DNA of 63,899 nucleotides, filler included, from Lenisia limosa (GCA_001655205.1; 8 parts of 8 records of this genome joined end to end with filler, not necessarily neighbours in it); one strand, 5' to 3'; positions 1 to 11,949 are shown, numbered from the whole stretch's first letter. The notes: generated by a model from the sequence alone, not told the origin. Numbers and translations are program-made.

Positions 1-179
1 TACCCATGGTCAGGGTGATTTTTTGACGTTTTCTTGACAATTCTGTCACATACTAAAAACTATTAAATGTCACAACTACAACTACAAAATCAAATCACAT
101 ATCACATACTAACATCATGAAATTATGATAGAGAAAATATACATGTACGCCGTTCCATAGGTCACATAAAAAACAAACA

Positions 180-1400
180 GAATCTCCTTCTGGAAAACAA
201 AGGCCTCCACCGCGACATTGGGGACAATTTCGTCCCAACCTACAAGTTTAACCAGATTATATCCCAGGAATTTACCTCACAAGTAAGGTTAAAAATGCCT
301 CAAGAATACAATGAATCATTATAATATATCATATCATATGTATTATAGTTTATAAGTATGACATATGATACATTTTCAAGAACTTAGATAGAAATTGGAT
401 ATTTCGACCTCTTTGACATAAATAACATGAAATTTCTTTCTTCAAAAGCGTCAAAAAGAAAAACAAACCACAGCGTGAAAATAATACCTTGAAGATTCAG
501 CAAGTCTTCGTAGCACTGGACTTGGTAAAGGTCCATCAAGCATCGTCTCAGGTCAGCTTTTGAAGTTCGACGTAGTAACTGAAGGGACATAAACCTCACA
601 ATATTAACCAACAGATTTGCATGCAAAGTGCAGAAAATTTTCGGTTAACAGGTATTTTCCCGTGAAAACACACTTCGGCAAGAGCTTAATTTGGAATCCT
701 AAGAGTGATAAATAAATAGTTACATAGTTGAAAACAATACCATCATGATTCGAAATCGCAGCCCATTTCAAAATACCCTAGAGACTGTTAAAACGAAAAT
801 TGGGTCACCTACAGAAATTCCGACAATAGTTGAATGGTGCGGCATCTGTACGATGGAAGTCGGACGACGAGAGGTATGTGTGCTTAATACACCAGATACT
901 CCGTGTACTTGTGTAGAAGGAACAATGTCGCAACAGTGGCCACCACCACAGGTAACAGGCACCAAAGTTTCTAACGCAGAATTGCAGTAGTAGCTGCAAA
1001 GAACCTTTAATGAGCCGCAGGTTGACTTAACAACCGAGGTTCTAAGCACAATCAATATTTGAAAGCAAGAATAAGCGAAGCAAATGAAACATACAGGAAC
1101 GGGCAAGGGGATGTCAACATGAACCGGATCATTGTTGGTGGCTTCAGCTTCACCACAATCTGCAACAATATCTTCGTCCTGGTGGTGAGAAAGATAGGAA
1201 ACCATACTGGACAATCACGCTGTCTCTTTGCGGTTAACTCTCGTTCTATTCCGCGCGATTTGCGTCTATCATCATGGGATCGGGTTGTGTACGGATTTTG
1301 CGTATGCACTTCACTCAATTTTGCGAAGACTCAACAAGACACTCTTGGGGAGCAATCCTATTACGAACGAAAAAAGAGGGGCATTCTCAGGGGAGATGAC
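180..1400 (-). pseudogene. Spliced coding remnant of unknown function (probably mobile-element associated)
   Basis: Exon-like blocks bounded by GT/AG, e.g. DEDIVADCGEAEATNNDPVHVDIPLPVP and LLRRTSKADLRRCLMDLYQVQCYEDLLNLQ; in-frame stops between blocks; no family motif recognised. Confidence 0.3.
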
Positions 1401-1961
1401 GTTATGTCATTTGATTTGTACTTATTCAGTGAAAATGTTGACATGCTTGTAGGTTCAAAAAGTCAACTTCCACCAATATACCGACAACGGATCAATTCCC
1501 AGAATCCCTTCATCGGTGTTCGATAGGGCAATCAACAGACATAAACACAATGAATACCCTTTGACAGGAAGAAACGCAGGAAGAAGACCAGTCGAGCACG
1601 ATGCAGTCATCAGAACTCTTCAGAAGTATGAAGCGGTAAGTTTGGAACTTTAATGCAAACTGAATCATCTCACACCCCTTACTATTTACTATTTTTTTAG
1701 TCGAATGTGAGGATAGACAACCCTATTGTAGCTGCTTTCGGACCGACAATTCCACCAATTTCGGTTGAGAATCTTTGGTTTCGAATTCTGTCTTCCTGAA
1801 GGTTTTCTAATTTGGTAATTACCTCGTCTTCCTCAATTGACACAATTCGTTCTCCGGGAAACAAAGGGNNNNNNNNNNTTAATGGCGCCGATTTCCAAAA
1901 CTTGAGAATTTAAGGAATTCTCTTGTAAAAAAAAATACAGGTTGTAATAATTACAATTCAT

Positions 1962-2330
1962 TCAAACCTTTAACACAATATCATGTATGGCTTTGGAGTC
2001 ATGTATTGCTTGTTGGTAATCAGAAGAGGCACACAAAATTGTTGAAGCAGCGAGAACTTTCTTTAAGGCGGAAGGGGGGGCATCAGCACAGAGAAGAACA
2101 GCCATTGAGGCAGCCCCTTCATAGAATGGGTTATTGCTGCCAATATCCTTCTGCACTCGCTCCATGGTTGACTTGACCATTGCAAACTGGTGCTTCAGAT
2201 TGCCCTTTGCGTGCCTTTCATTCAACTTTGTATGGAACTTGATGATTTTCTCAGGTGTGGGCTTCGGCTCTTTTTTTAGTCATCACCCTTCTTTTTCTTT
2301 TCTCTCAGTTCTCTTCAAACGACACTTATA
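1962..2330 (-). pseudogene. Coding-like fragment of unknown function
   Basis: ORF 1962-2225 (KHQFAMVKSTMERVQKDIGSNNPFYEGAASMAVLLCADAPPSALKKVL) has protein-like composition; no motif recognised. Confidence 0.25.
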
Positions 2331-2819
2331 ACTTGTATGAAGCTTTTCGCACCGTAAAAAAGCTGAAAGATGAATATTATTTTTATGATTTCTGGAGATT
2401 CTTGGAGTTGTGGTGTTTCTTTGTTGAAGGTTACTACTACTTGTTATCTCTTCCTTTCTTGTGCTTTTGTATTTGTCAGTCATTACTGCCAGCTTGATAA
2501 AAAAAGGCAGGTAAAAAAGAACAACAAATTGGAGATTCAACTGTCAACCTTGACATGTAATATAATAGATATGCTTCCATTGTATGTACAGTATACCTAT
2601 TTAATCCATGGATCCTGGAGTTAGCGGACAGTTTTGAAGTTGAATTATAGTCCCAAAACACTAAATAAGTTGTCTAATCTCTCTCATAATATGATAGATC
2701 TTCGATCATCGGCTGTGTTACGGGCATTTGTGAAAGGAGTGTTTCATTTGTTCGTGAAGATTGTTGAAATGAATGATACCTATAGCCTATAAAAAGCTAT
2801 CCCCAGCTGTCTACACATA

Positions 2820-3642
2820 GATAGGGCAGTTGGTGGTGAAGAGGTAAGTGATAGAATATTCCCAAATAGCACTGAATATTGAGTTCAACAATCCCATGAG
2901 TCCGAAGATTATCCTAGACAATTATAAAAGAGGTCGGAAACATAATGGATGTGTTATGTGGTTGTCGCATTCTTCTTTGTGCTAAATGATGTTGTTGAAT
3001 TCGACTAGGGTTAAGCTAACGAAAAAGATCTTATTAGTGAGTGGTGGTGATTTGATCATCTATGAAGAAGCGTGTCCTCGTGACAACGGAGGAAAATTTT
3101 GGAGTGTTGATCTATAATTTGCTGATCCTCGATTAGGTGGTTTGTAATTGGTGATCTTCGATCAGGTTTTTTGCTTTTGTTTTTGTTGGTTGCTTGTTCT
3201 TGTAATGTTTTGTTCTTCCTTCGAAATACCATCGTTGATCCGAGTCGCCAGTACAGTAGGCCCTTGGGCCCCATTCAGTGTGATAGGCATGGGTTCGTTG
3301 ACGATTCCCACAGCACCACAGGTACTAAACTTGGCGGACAAGGACCCTTATCAAAAGCTTGTCCAGTCGGTTCTAGAGGCAGTCGATACTATCGTGCTTG
3401 GTATCAATAAGGACGGGACAACGTGAAGACTCTTCAGGGAAGTCAAGTCTGGTTTGGTAGAGATAACCTTGTAAATACTGAGTCTCCGATTAATCGTCGG
3501 ACGCGCAATTTTGCAAGAGTGTTCATAATGATGTATGTTGTTTGGGCTTTTTCATCCAATTCTGTGTTGGAGGAGGTCAGACGGCTGTTGAGTCAGGCGT
3601 GCGAAACGCTTCTCACGAAGTTTCGTGAAAGAGCGGCCACCT
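2820..3642 (+). pseudogene. Spliced coding remnant of unknown function with an internal TGA
   Basis: Frame SLIRVASTVGPWAPFSVIG...VLGINKDGTT*RLFREVKSGLVEITL continues past TGA 3424-3426; an upstream mini-exon ends in gag|gtaagt. Confidence 0.3.
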
Positions 3643-3713
3643 NNNNNNNNNNTTTCGGAGCGTGGGAAAAAGATTCCAAGGCCGTCGGGGCAACTTTGAG
3701 AGGTTTGGTGACA

Positions 3714-4030
3714 TTATAATTCCCTTGGGAGGATGAAATTACCGACATCTATGAGTTGAACCGGGTCCTCCTGTGCGAGAACCGCACCGACAACCATGTC
3801 CGAGGCGTCAGTAACGATGACAATCGGAAGTTCGGGGTCGCGAATAGTGAAGATAGGTTTTCCCACCAAATTGTCCTTCAGTATTTCGAAAGCCAGTTGT
3901 TGTTGAGGCCCCCAGTGGAACTTAACAGCATCGCGCAGAAGATAATTCAACGGCTGTGCTATTTTGGTAAAATTATCAATAAACCGCCTGTAAAATCCTG
4001 TCATCCCAAGGAACGGTTGGGGACTTTCAA
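3714..4030 (-). mobile_element. Ty3/gypsy-type pol fragment (RT C-terminus/connection and start of RNase H-like domain), degenerate
   Basis: PFLGMTGFYRRFIDNFTKIAQPLNYLLR...FHWGPQQQLAFEILK...LPIVIVTDASDMVVGAVLAQ matches the FLGxxGYYRRFI / W..Q..AF..LK / TDAS...GAVL.Q consensus; the RT catalytic core is absent. Confidence 0.9.
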
Positions 4031-4530
4031 GTGAGATGGTTGATGGCTTATTCTTGGTTCCCCAGCTACTTTATTCACTAGATTCACCACCCTAATGACA
4101 GTTCCAGGAGATGTATTCAAACAAACAGGCTTAGATGAAGTCGTTGGGATTAAATACCTGGGGAAGTCAGAATCTGTAACTTCCAACGCATAGGGGATAG
4201 AACAGGAACCCACCTTTACGATGAACTTGATCATACGGCGGACGACCGCATCCTTCTTGTCCTTTCGATGGACATGGCCATTCTTCTTTTCCTCATCCTT
4301 CTTCATCTTCTTCCTGGCGCATAGGGGATAGAACAAGAACCCACCTTTACGATGGACTTGATCATACGGCGGACGACCGCATCCTTCTTGTCCTTTCGAT
4401 GGACATGGCCATTCTTCTTTTCCTCATCCTTCTTCATCTTCTTCCTGGAGTCAAACTTCCTTTCACACTGATGGCCCTCGGAAGCGGACTTCCTAGAGCC
4501 TGGGCCTGATCCACTTGTTTCTTGGATCAT
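4001..4530 (-). mobile_element. Possible gag/protease-region remnant upstream of the pol fragment
   Basis: Basic stretch RKKMKKDEEKKNGHVHRKDKK followed by IVKVGSCSIPYALEVTDSDFPRYLI, loosely like the C-terminal half of a retropepsin; same strand as and directly upstream of the RT fragment. Confidence 0.35.
4187..4448. repeat. 131-bp perfect-junction tandem duplication (2 copies)
   Basis: 4187-4317 and 4318-4448 both begin cgcataggggatagaaca and end cttcttcctgg; two substitutions seen between copies. Confidence 0.95.
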
Positions 4531-4612
4531 GTTGATGCCTATTGCATATGCTAGTCGAGGTCTGACTTCGGCTGAAAAGAACTATATGCAGGACTCCAAA
4601 AGGTTTGGTAAA
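4529..4612 (+). mobile_element. Ty3/gypsy RNase H micro-fragment, opposite strand to the neighbouring pol fragment
   Basis: PIAYASRGLTSAEKNY (4538-4585) is the characteristic Ty3/gypsy RNase H motif. Confidence 0.85.
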
Positions 4613-4750
4613 TGAAGCTTCCCGAGCCTCAACTGGAGAGTTTTCACCAAGAACAGCAGGGAGGCTATAATAAAATAATTAAATTATTTTTTTGAATTCT
4701 TTCCAAAATTTTCAAAAGCTCGTCAAGCCATCCTTTATTTCTATCTACGA

Positions 4751-5062
4751 CTAATTTATTTTGATAGACCGCTTTATTTTTATCAGCATAGTACCACAAC
4801 TATTTGCCCAAAGAATTTTTTTCACCAGCTGTTCCGCCTCTTGCCACTCCTCGTACCTCACTGCAATGGAAATAAAAGTGAAATATTTTGAGTACTTTAC
4901 AAAAATTGCCCCCTTGATCCGGTTCAACTGTGCCTGTAGGTCAGTGGTGGTGGCCAAAACTACGGTTTGAGTCAGCATCTGACAGACAGACCCCAATTTG
5001 GGGCAAAAATCAGTCATTGCATCCCCCTCATACTTGTGGCCATGGGCAACCAAAGCTTTCAA
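4751..5062 (-). pseudogene. Coding-like fragment of unknown function
   Basis: ORF with helical-looking segments (DLQAQLNRIKGAI; VRYEEWQEAEQLVKKILWANSCG) and an AT-rich probable intron; truncated by an N gap. Confidence 0.25.
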
Positions 5063-5488
5063 CTTTTTTGGAGTTTCTTTGAAGTTTNNNNNNNNNNNNN
5101 NNNNNNNNNNNNNNNNNNNNNNNNNNNNNNNNNNNNNNNNNNNNNNNNNNNNNNNNNNNNNNNNNNNNCTCTACCAATTGTCGTTGCTCTCAGATTTCTC
5201 CTCTTCTGACTTGCAGTGCCTTGATGGGGCTAGTGAAACAGCTAAAAGGCTTGACTAATACACATTATTTGGTCATATAATTTGTATATTCACCTCAAAT
5301 CTTGTTAAACAAGGGTAAAGGTAAGAGAAGAGAACAAGAACAACAATCCGAAAACTCGAAATAATTTTCGGGTTTCGGGTTTACAGATCGCCTGAAGAAA
5401 GTTGAAGAAGTCTCATAAAACTCATTAAATGAGATGTGGCTTCATTGCACTGGTTAATTTTGATTGACATACTACTGACGTTTTTAAC

Positions 5489-5540
5489 AAGTCTTGACTG
5501 ATTTTCTACGTCATTTCCCAGGGAAAATCGGTCAAGACTT
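5489..5540. repeat. 18-bp inverted repeat hairpin
   Basis: aagtcttgactgattttc (5489-5506) and gaaaatcggtcaagactt (5523-5540), one mismatch, 16-nt spacer. Confidence 0.8.
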
Positions 5541-6359
5541 TTCCAAGTCACTGTATAGAAATATATATGATATGCTAGGGCTGGTTCTAATCCCCTTTTA
5601 TTGATTGGTTTAACATATTAATGTTTAAATACAATGATATAATCACGAAAAGGTTCATATTAAGCTCCTCTTATTTAGTGTACAAGATCACTATTTTGTG
5701 AAAACTTGTCATAAAAGCCCCCTTTTACTTTAGTCGCACCCAGAAATATTATAAAATGTTAACATTATATTTTAAAGTAAATGATGGGAAGATTACACCT
5801 CTCCCCTTTAGGAGCATGCTTCTCCCAAATGTCGCTTTAGCGACTTGGTGCGTGGAAATTGAACAATCCATTTTTTTCTTCACAACAATATACCATAACT
5901 AGGAAACAAAAAACCAAGAATAAACTTTTGTTAAAAACAGTAAAAGGTGTTCCTAAATTTGAAAAATAGAAAATAATCGACAATAAGGAACACAAAAAAG
6001 TGATTACTTTGCTCCATTTTTCATGTTGTTTTTTACCTTTCAACTATGTCACGACCACGTATTCCCTTGCTAAAGCTACCTGAGGATCTGCAAAAGGCGC
6101 AAAGAACGCCTTAAGCTTGTTCATCCTCTTGAACCTAACGGTTTCTCATACTTTTTAAACTCCGCTGAGCGTAATTTGGTTGTAAGAACTGCCTGTGAAG
6201 CTTATCTCAACCAAGTATTCCTCCCAAATAGCCTCCCTCGCCTCCCTCGCCTTTGTTACTAAGTTGTTGACTATGCAAGCGGATACTCCGTTTTAATCCC
6301 GGATAATATACTGAAAAGGGGGTATCAGAGGTTTTGTCAGGACTTTAAAGCCCCATTGT

Positions 6360-8198
6360 ACGAGCCCAGGCGACCAGGCCGTCCTGCTATCGATAAGAAC
6401 ACAATTAATGCTGCGACGCAAGTTGCCAAAGAAGCGAAGCAGGTTTGTAAAACTTGCTTATACCTTTATCTAAAAAACGTATGACTTGTTGTATGACCTT
6501 ACTCTCTTCAGATTGGTGCTGCCTTATCAACAGAAGAACTGACCAATTATATCTCTTCCATTGAGCCCAAATCTCGAGGAAACAAAGAGATGTCTGCAAT
6601 GTTGTCGAGAGGTATTAACGTTGGTCATCGACTTGCTGCTGAGATTAATGCTGCCTCAATGAACGTCGAATCTGAAAAGGCAAAGGTGAAAGCAGCATAT
6701 GGTGCGTATGGAATCGGTCAAAGCGGGCTTGGACGTCGATCAGCTCTTTCCTCCCTGACATGACTCCTTCTAAGTTGAACACAATTTCATACCGTCACAG
6801 TTTTGGTAAGGTGTCCGTTGAGGAGGATGAGGAGGATGATGAGACGCTCGTTTAAGACGGCGCAGCTGAGGCTGTTTCCACCGAGCAGATGATTTCGACT
6901 ATTGAGGAGGGCAAGCTTTTTAAGCAAAGAACGCAATTGTAACCAATGTGTTAAATGCTGGAAGGTTTTATCTTCTTGGAAAATTTGAAGAAGGTTCGTT
7001 GGAATATATACATACTGAAGTACTTGTAATATCAATAGGAAATGTTCAATATATTAACACTTCAGCTCTCAAACACTATGAAACCCCACCCACTGAGTTC
7101 CAACAGTACTACGACAAGAAGGCTGTCTAGTCTTTGGGTCCAACTGTTCTGACAGCATCAAAAGATCTCTATGATGTAAGATGGGAATAAATGTGTAACA
7201 ATTGGATTCTTTTTGCCCCCTTTAGCCAATTGAGTTGATTATATCAACATGGTTCTACACTCACCCCTCTGTTATTTTCCAAATAATCTTGATAAATATC
7301 GAGAATCTGATAGCCAAACCAACCAAGTCGTCACAGAGTTGGTGAAAGTCATCTGAGATGAATACCTTGGGAGCACACCTGAATTTGAACTGAAACCTTC
7401 TCGGACCGCTCTTTATGAAAGACCTGAAAGGAGAACCTATGGGCTTAGAAATCTCCTGCACAACTGCATCTGGCAATTATGTACCAGCATGTATTATTTT
7501 GGGAGGTAAATCCATAATGAATGAAGCTGAGAAGCGAAAAGCAAAAACTGATGAGCCTGTTGATGTGTCTTTCGGGAACCCCCATGCCGACAAGATCTCC
7601 CCTGATATCATCGCCCCTCATATTGTTGAAGCGACCCCTGAAGTAACTAAAGCGGCAAGGCACAACTCATGTTACCTTTTGGGATGCAATGGCTCCTCCT
7701 TCTTTTCGACAATGAGTGTACTAAAGTTCTTGGAAATAGTATCGAAACGAGGCAATCATGGACCGGATAGCGTTGGCCTTGTCACTATGGATGGCGCCAG
7801 AATTCACGTTTCAGCTGAGGTATGGTATTCTTTTATTTCCATTTTCATCAATTATTATATTTTATTCCCCAGGTTTGTGCACTTGCCTTGTATAAGCTCT
7901 TCCTACTCATCGTCATCGAGCCATCATTCACATCACACTTCCTCCAAGTAAGGATTATTGTCTATGATATTTATTATTATTTATTTTTTTGCATTTAAAT
8001 TCAAGCAACCTAGAGAAGTAACAAAGTAGGTTGGACCACGCGTATGTTAATAAAAAATTGCGATCAAAAATTATAGTAATAGGGATGTCAAAGACGTGCA
8101 TGTTGTAACCCTCATTTCTGAGTCCCTCCATGGCACTAACCTTGAGGTGTATGCTGCCTCGATGAAATGTTGTGGCTTTGAAAAGACAGGGAAACATA
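6360..8198 (+). mobile_element. Intron-containing pogo/Tc5-like (DDE_1) transposase pseudogene
   Basis: ISCTTASGNYVPACIILGGK, GLVTMDGARIHVSAE (cf. LL.LDGH.SH.S), IEPSFTSHFLQ (cf. LP.HTSH.LQP) and CGFEKTG (cf. GF..TG) in the expected order; N-terminal PGRP...IGAALSTEEL is compatible with a CENP-B-type HTH; GT-AG introns near 6440-6510, 7821-7871 and after 7947; stops at 6853 and 7354. Confidence 0.7.
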
Positions 8199-8460
8199 NN
8201 NNNNNNNNNNNNNNNNNNNNNNNNNNNNNNNNNNNNNNNNNNNNNNNNNNNNNNNNNNNNNNNNNNNNNNNNNNNNNNNNNNNNNNNNNNNNNNNNNNNN
8301 NNNNNNNNNNNNNNNNNNNNNNNNNNNNNNNNNNNNNNNNNNNNNNNNNNNNNNNNNNNNNGAATTTCCAATCTGAAAAAAGACCACTCCGGGGTTCGAA
8401 CCCTCGATCTCGAGCTTTATTTCATTTGGCCACTCAAAAAAAGGCGCGCAAAAAATGCCC

Positions 8461-8646
8461 TTTACCCCCGCTTTAATGAGGATTTGTCACTAAGATCATG
8501 GATGATTTTCCAGTCAACAAAAACAAATGTCACATTAGCATGTAAGAGAATAATTTCATACTTACCAAGTATAAATCTGGACTTGACAATTGCAAAGGAG
8601 GGGGTTGTAGCGCCAGGGTCTGGGGGACAATTAAAGCGGGGTTAAA
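8461..8646. mobile_element. MITE-like element with 17-bp terminal inverted repeats
   Basis: tttacccccgctttaat (8461-8477) and attaaagcggggttaaa (8630-8646), one mismatch; non-coding interior. Confidence 0.55.
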
Positions 8647-9019
8647 GTTAAATGGGCTTTTTGGATTTTTCTCGATTTAAACAATTCTAACAATTTTCCC
8701 AGAGCTACCCATTTAAGTTCATTCACTGACACCCATAAGATGAGAAGAAGGTTCTGTCAAAGAAGATCGCCCCAAACCAAATATGTTGAACTCCATTTAA
8801 GATTTTGTTTTTCTTTTTAGATAGTATTCTAGGTATCTTATAACATTCAGCAAGTCAGGATAAGCAATCTCTCTTCCATGTTTTCTTTTTTCCAATTAAA
8901 AACTGAGCGTTGACGTGACGCGAATTGACCACAGTTTACCCCTCCATTGCTTCAACCCTTCAGCCCTCTCTTATTGTAGTTTAATCCTACTGTATTTCTT
9001 AGTGTTACTATTGTAAATG

Positions 9020-9650
9020 TAGCTGGTTTCCAGCGATTTTACTCCACCGCAACTGTAACTAAAATTGATAAATATGAGCACAAGCATTCAGGGAGAACAT
9101 TTCCATACGTTGCCAACTCATGCCCATTCCTGTTTCTGTTCGTTTTGATACCATTGGAAAGAAATACAATGGGCCATTTCTGAGAGTAAGCGGGTTTTGT
9201 AAATGGCAAAACAACATATCACTTTGTTCTCTTTAAATTAGTGGTATAGATTAATAGTTATTTAATACTTATCCACACATAGATTCTACCTAAAGAATAT
9301 GAATCCTTGGATGAGAACGTGGACGTAGCTGACAAGGCCATTACAATGAGTATATTGTATCATACAAGTCTTTTGCTCTACGTTTGGTTTTCTAAGTAAT
9401 ATTCTATGTGCCTATTGTTTCAAATGGAAAGAATTTCAGTTCTGATATCGGCTAAAATTGCTATTGGTTTTCACATTCATTGTTATATCCATTGTTATAT
9501 TCTTCAGCTATTTGTCGTCTTTGGTGATGAAGACACCAGTCCGGATGGAAAACGGCAGTTAGTTGGCACCCTCCGGATGTCCAAGTTTCCTTGTTGTGTT
9601 TTACCGTCGTCGTATCACCCCATGGAACCTGCATTGCGATCAAAGTGGGT
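9020..9650 (+). pseudogene. Spliced coding remnant of unknown function
   Basis: Exon-like blocks MPIPVSVRFDTIGKKYNGPFLR|gtaag and ILPKEYESLDENVDVADKAITM; frames are disrupted. Confidence 0.3.
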
Positions 9651-9819
9651 TTTTCTATGACTAAAAGAAATACTGACAGGTTTAGAAATTATTCTATGTC
9701 TGCATAAATGTCATAGTATTATAGGTGGAGGCACATGATTGTGGGCACTTGTTCATTTTTTTTTCTTTTTTTTAAATAAAAAATCAAAGTTGTTTGAAAT
9801 GCCTCAAAAACTATTTTGC

Positions 9820-10600
9820 AAGTTTTCATTTTGACATAGTGGCTTCAACAGGCTCAGCATTCAGCTCTACTTCGCCCTCCGGTGTTTTGAAGGAGAATCG
9901 TGAATCTAGCGCTTTTTTCCTCTTCTCATCCCTCCCCCCCGGCAAGATCAAGTCCACTGGTACCTTGGGTTCGAAACCAGATAATGTGGTAGGGCGAAGT
10001 GCCTAAACCACAATGAAAAGAGACGCGGTACGCCGCCACAGAGTGATATAAATGCTCTTCCCATTCAGTCTCGTCACGCGTAAACGTGGCCAGCATGTTT
10101 TGGAGCGTCCCATTCATTCTTTCCACTAGACCGTTGGCCTGTGCGTGGTACGGACTTGTGGTCTTCCTCTTGATACTTAACGACATTAAATATGAAACAA
10201 AATAACTGCTCGGGCTTGAAATAACGGGAAAATACCTCAGATATTAACGTATGTGCAATTGTCTTCGATTCAGTAACTGGTAGCGCAAAGGCCTCAGGCC
10301 AGCGAGAATAAACATCCATCACAACCAAGATGTGTTTGTTACCTTTCTTTGTGGTCGGAAATGGATCCATCAAATCAATAGCAAACTTCTCAAAAGGGGC
10401 TTGTGCTGAGGTTTGGGTTAGTTCAGCCGCAGCACGACTGTTCCTTCCCTTTCTCCTTCCGCAATCATCACACTGCTCAATGTATGACACAATGTCCGAA
10501 AACATCCCGTCCCAATAGTATCAAGAAGCGATCTTGGCATAAGTTTTATCAAACGCCAAATGACTTCCCCACAAAATCTGAACACAGAATTCACGAAACT
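9820..10600 (-). mobile_element. Ty3/gypsy-type (retroviral-like) integrase pseudogene
   Basis: GSHLAFDKTYAKIAS*YYWDGMFSDIVSYIEQCDDC (HHCC zinc domain), PFEKFAIDLMDPFP...ILVVMDVYSRWPEAFAL (first Asp), TTSPYHAQANGLVERMNGTL (Glu) and SPY..FGFEPKVPVDL. The segment with the second catalytic Asp (SDQG) is deleted; frameshifts and TGA at 10521-10523. Confidence 0.93.
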
Positions 10601-11019
10601 TACGAAAGTGTATGGACAAAAGCCATAGTCCACGAGGTCAACGAAGCACAGTTCTGCTCCGAGAACGTAGCGGACAGCTTTGTGATTTATTTGTAACTAA
10701 AGACCTTATCCCTTATATTCAGCATCTCACCCCCCCCCTAACATCTGTGTAATATAGTTTAATCTGACTCCTTCAACCCCCTCCCAATTGCGAATTATTA
10801 TTTTGCCCCCCCTGGTGTCATACGTTCAAGGTTGTTTGTGCTCTGGTGTTGTTTCATTTTTAACCACTTATCTAGGTATTTGTTGCAAGTGTCAAGGCAA
10901 CATATGAAAAGTGCACTGTGACACATTACCGCACTATTCTATTAAGGTGAGCGACTTTATGCTTTATTATATAATTATTTATCAACATTGGGGAAGCTCG
11001 AAATTCTTATTTTTGATAG

Positions 11020-11735
11020 GTGGTGAAACCCTGGGAAAGCTAAACAAAATATCCCCAAAGCAGATCACCAAATTATAATTATAATTTAGTTTATTAATTC
11101 CATTTCTTTTGTTTAGGCACATTTTATAAAGGTTCTCGTATTATTATCAATGGAGAGATGATTGTGCTACAACATCAACATTTACTGTGGACATAGAACA
11201 AAATAAATACTATTCAGATAATGTCAAATATCTATTATTCGAGCAGTTGAAGTAATAAATATCCCTACAAAAGCTGTGAGAATGAAGAAGTTTGGAAAAA
11301 TTCCGATTCGATGACGTTGTGAGCCTGTCCAGAATATACCCCCCAAAAAGCCGGACCAGATACTATACACCTCCTAGCCAAAACCGACACAGTTTAGGCG
11401 CCTCAGCAAATCAACAAAATCACGCAATTCAACCAAGCCAGGTTTTGGAACTATGGTCGAGAACATATTGCCCCTTCTCTCCATTCATGGCCAGAGATGG
11501 TTGAATTCTGGAAGGTGAGACAATGTTTCCCTTTGTTTGATTTTTTGAATGGTTTGCCAAAGAAAAGGCTCCCCACCCCACTAAAGGATGTCCCCAAGAA
11601 TCACTTTGAAAACAAAGTTATTCTCGCCAAGGTTGAGGACTTAGTGGCAGTCATTGAGGCTGTGGGCTTCCACACTTTCCAGAGCATCGTCCCAACCCAA
11701 ATGCCAAAGAAACAGGTTGACTCCCTCATGTAAGC
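11020..11735 (+). pseudogene. Spliced coding remnant of unknown function
   Basis: Blocks QFNQARFWNYGREHIAPSLHSWPEMVEFWK|gtgag and LPTPLKDVPKNHFENKVILAKVEDLVAVIEAVGFHTFQ...|gtaag; upstream in-frame TAG. Confidence 0.35.
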
Positions 11736-11949
11736 ATGTGTGCTGCATGCAATTTCGTCTTTTTCTGAGGTTGTTTTGACATGTTTATCTGATGAACATA
11801 GCGCCGAGGGAAAAAAACTACCATTCAACAGCTTTGAGTAGGCAATGGAAAAGTCATATGATGGGGAGAATTATTGTTAAGATCATTTCTCTTTGTTCAG
11901 GCGGTTGTGTTATTTTATCTAATAAAGTGTAAAATCACATGGCAGCATC

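Noticed and set aside
180-300. Second RecQ remnant at the window start (WDEI...FQKE)
   Set aside because: Similarity to the 16990-17085 segment is limited to two short words, with no Walker A.
7955-8198. Minus-strand IS630/Tc1-like fragment (HRGSIHLKVSAMEGLRNEGY)
   Set aside because: The plus strand continues the DDE_1 protein (CGFEKTG), which explains the region better.
3700-10800. One intact LTR retrotransposon spanning the RT and integrase fragments
   Set aside because: On the minus strand the integrase lies upstream of the RT fragment, about 6 kb away with unrelated sequence between; no LTR pair, PBS or PPT was identified.
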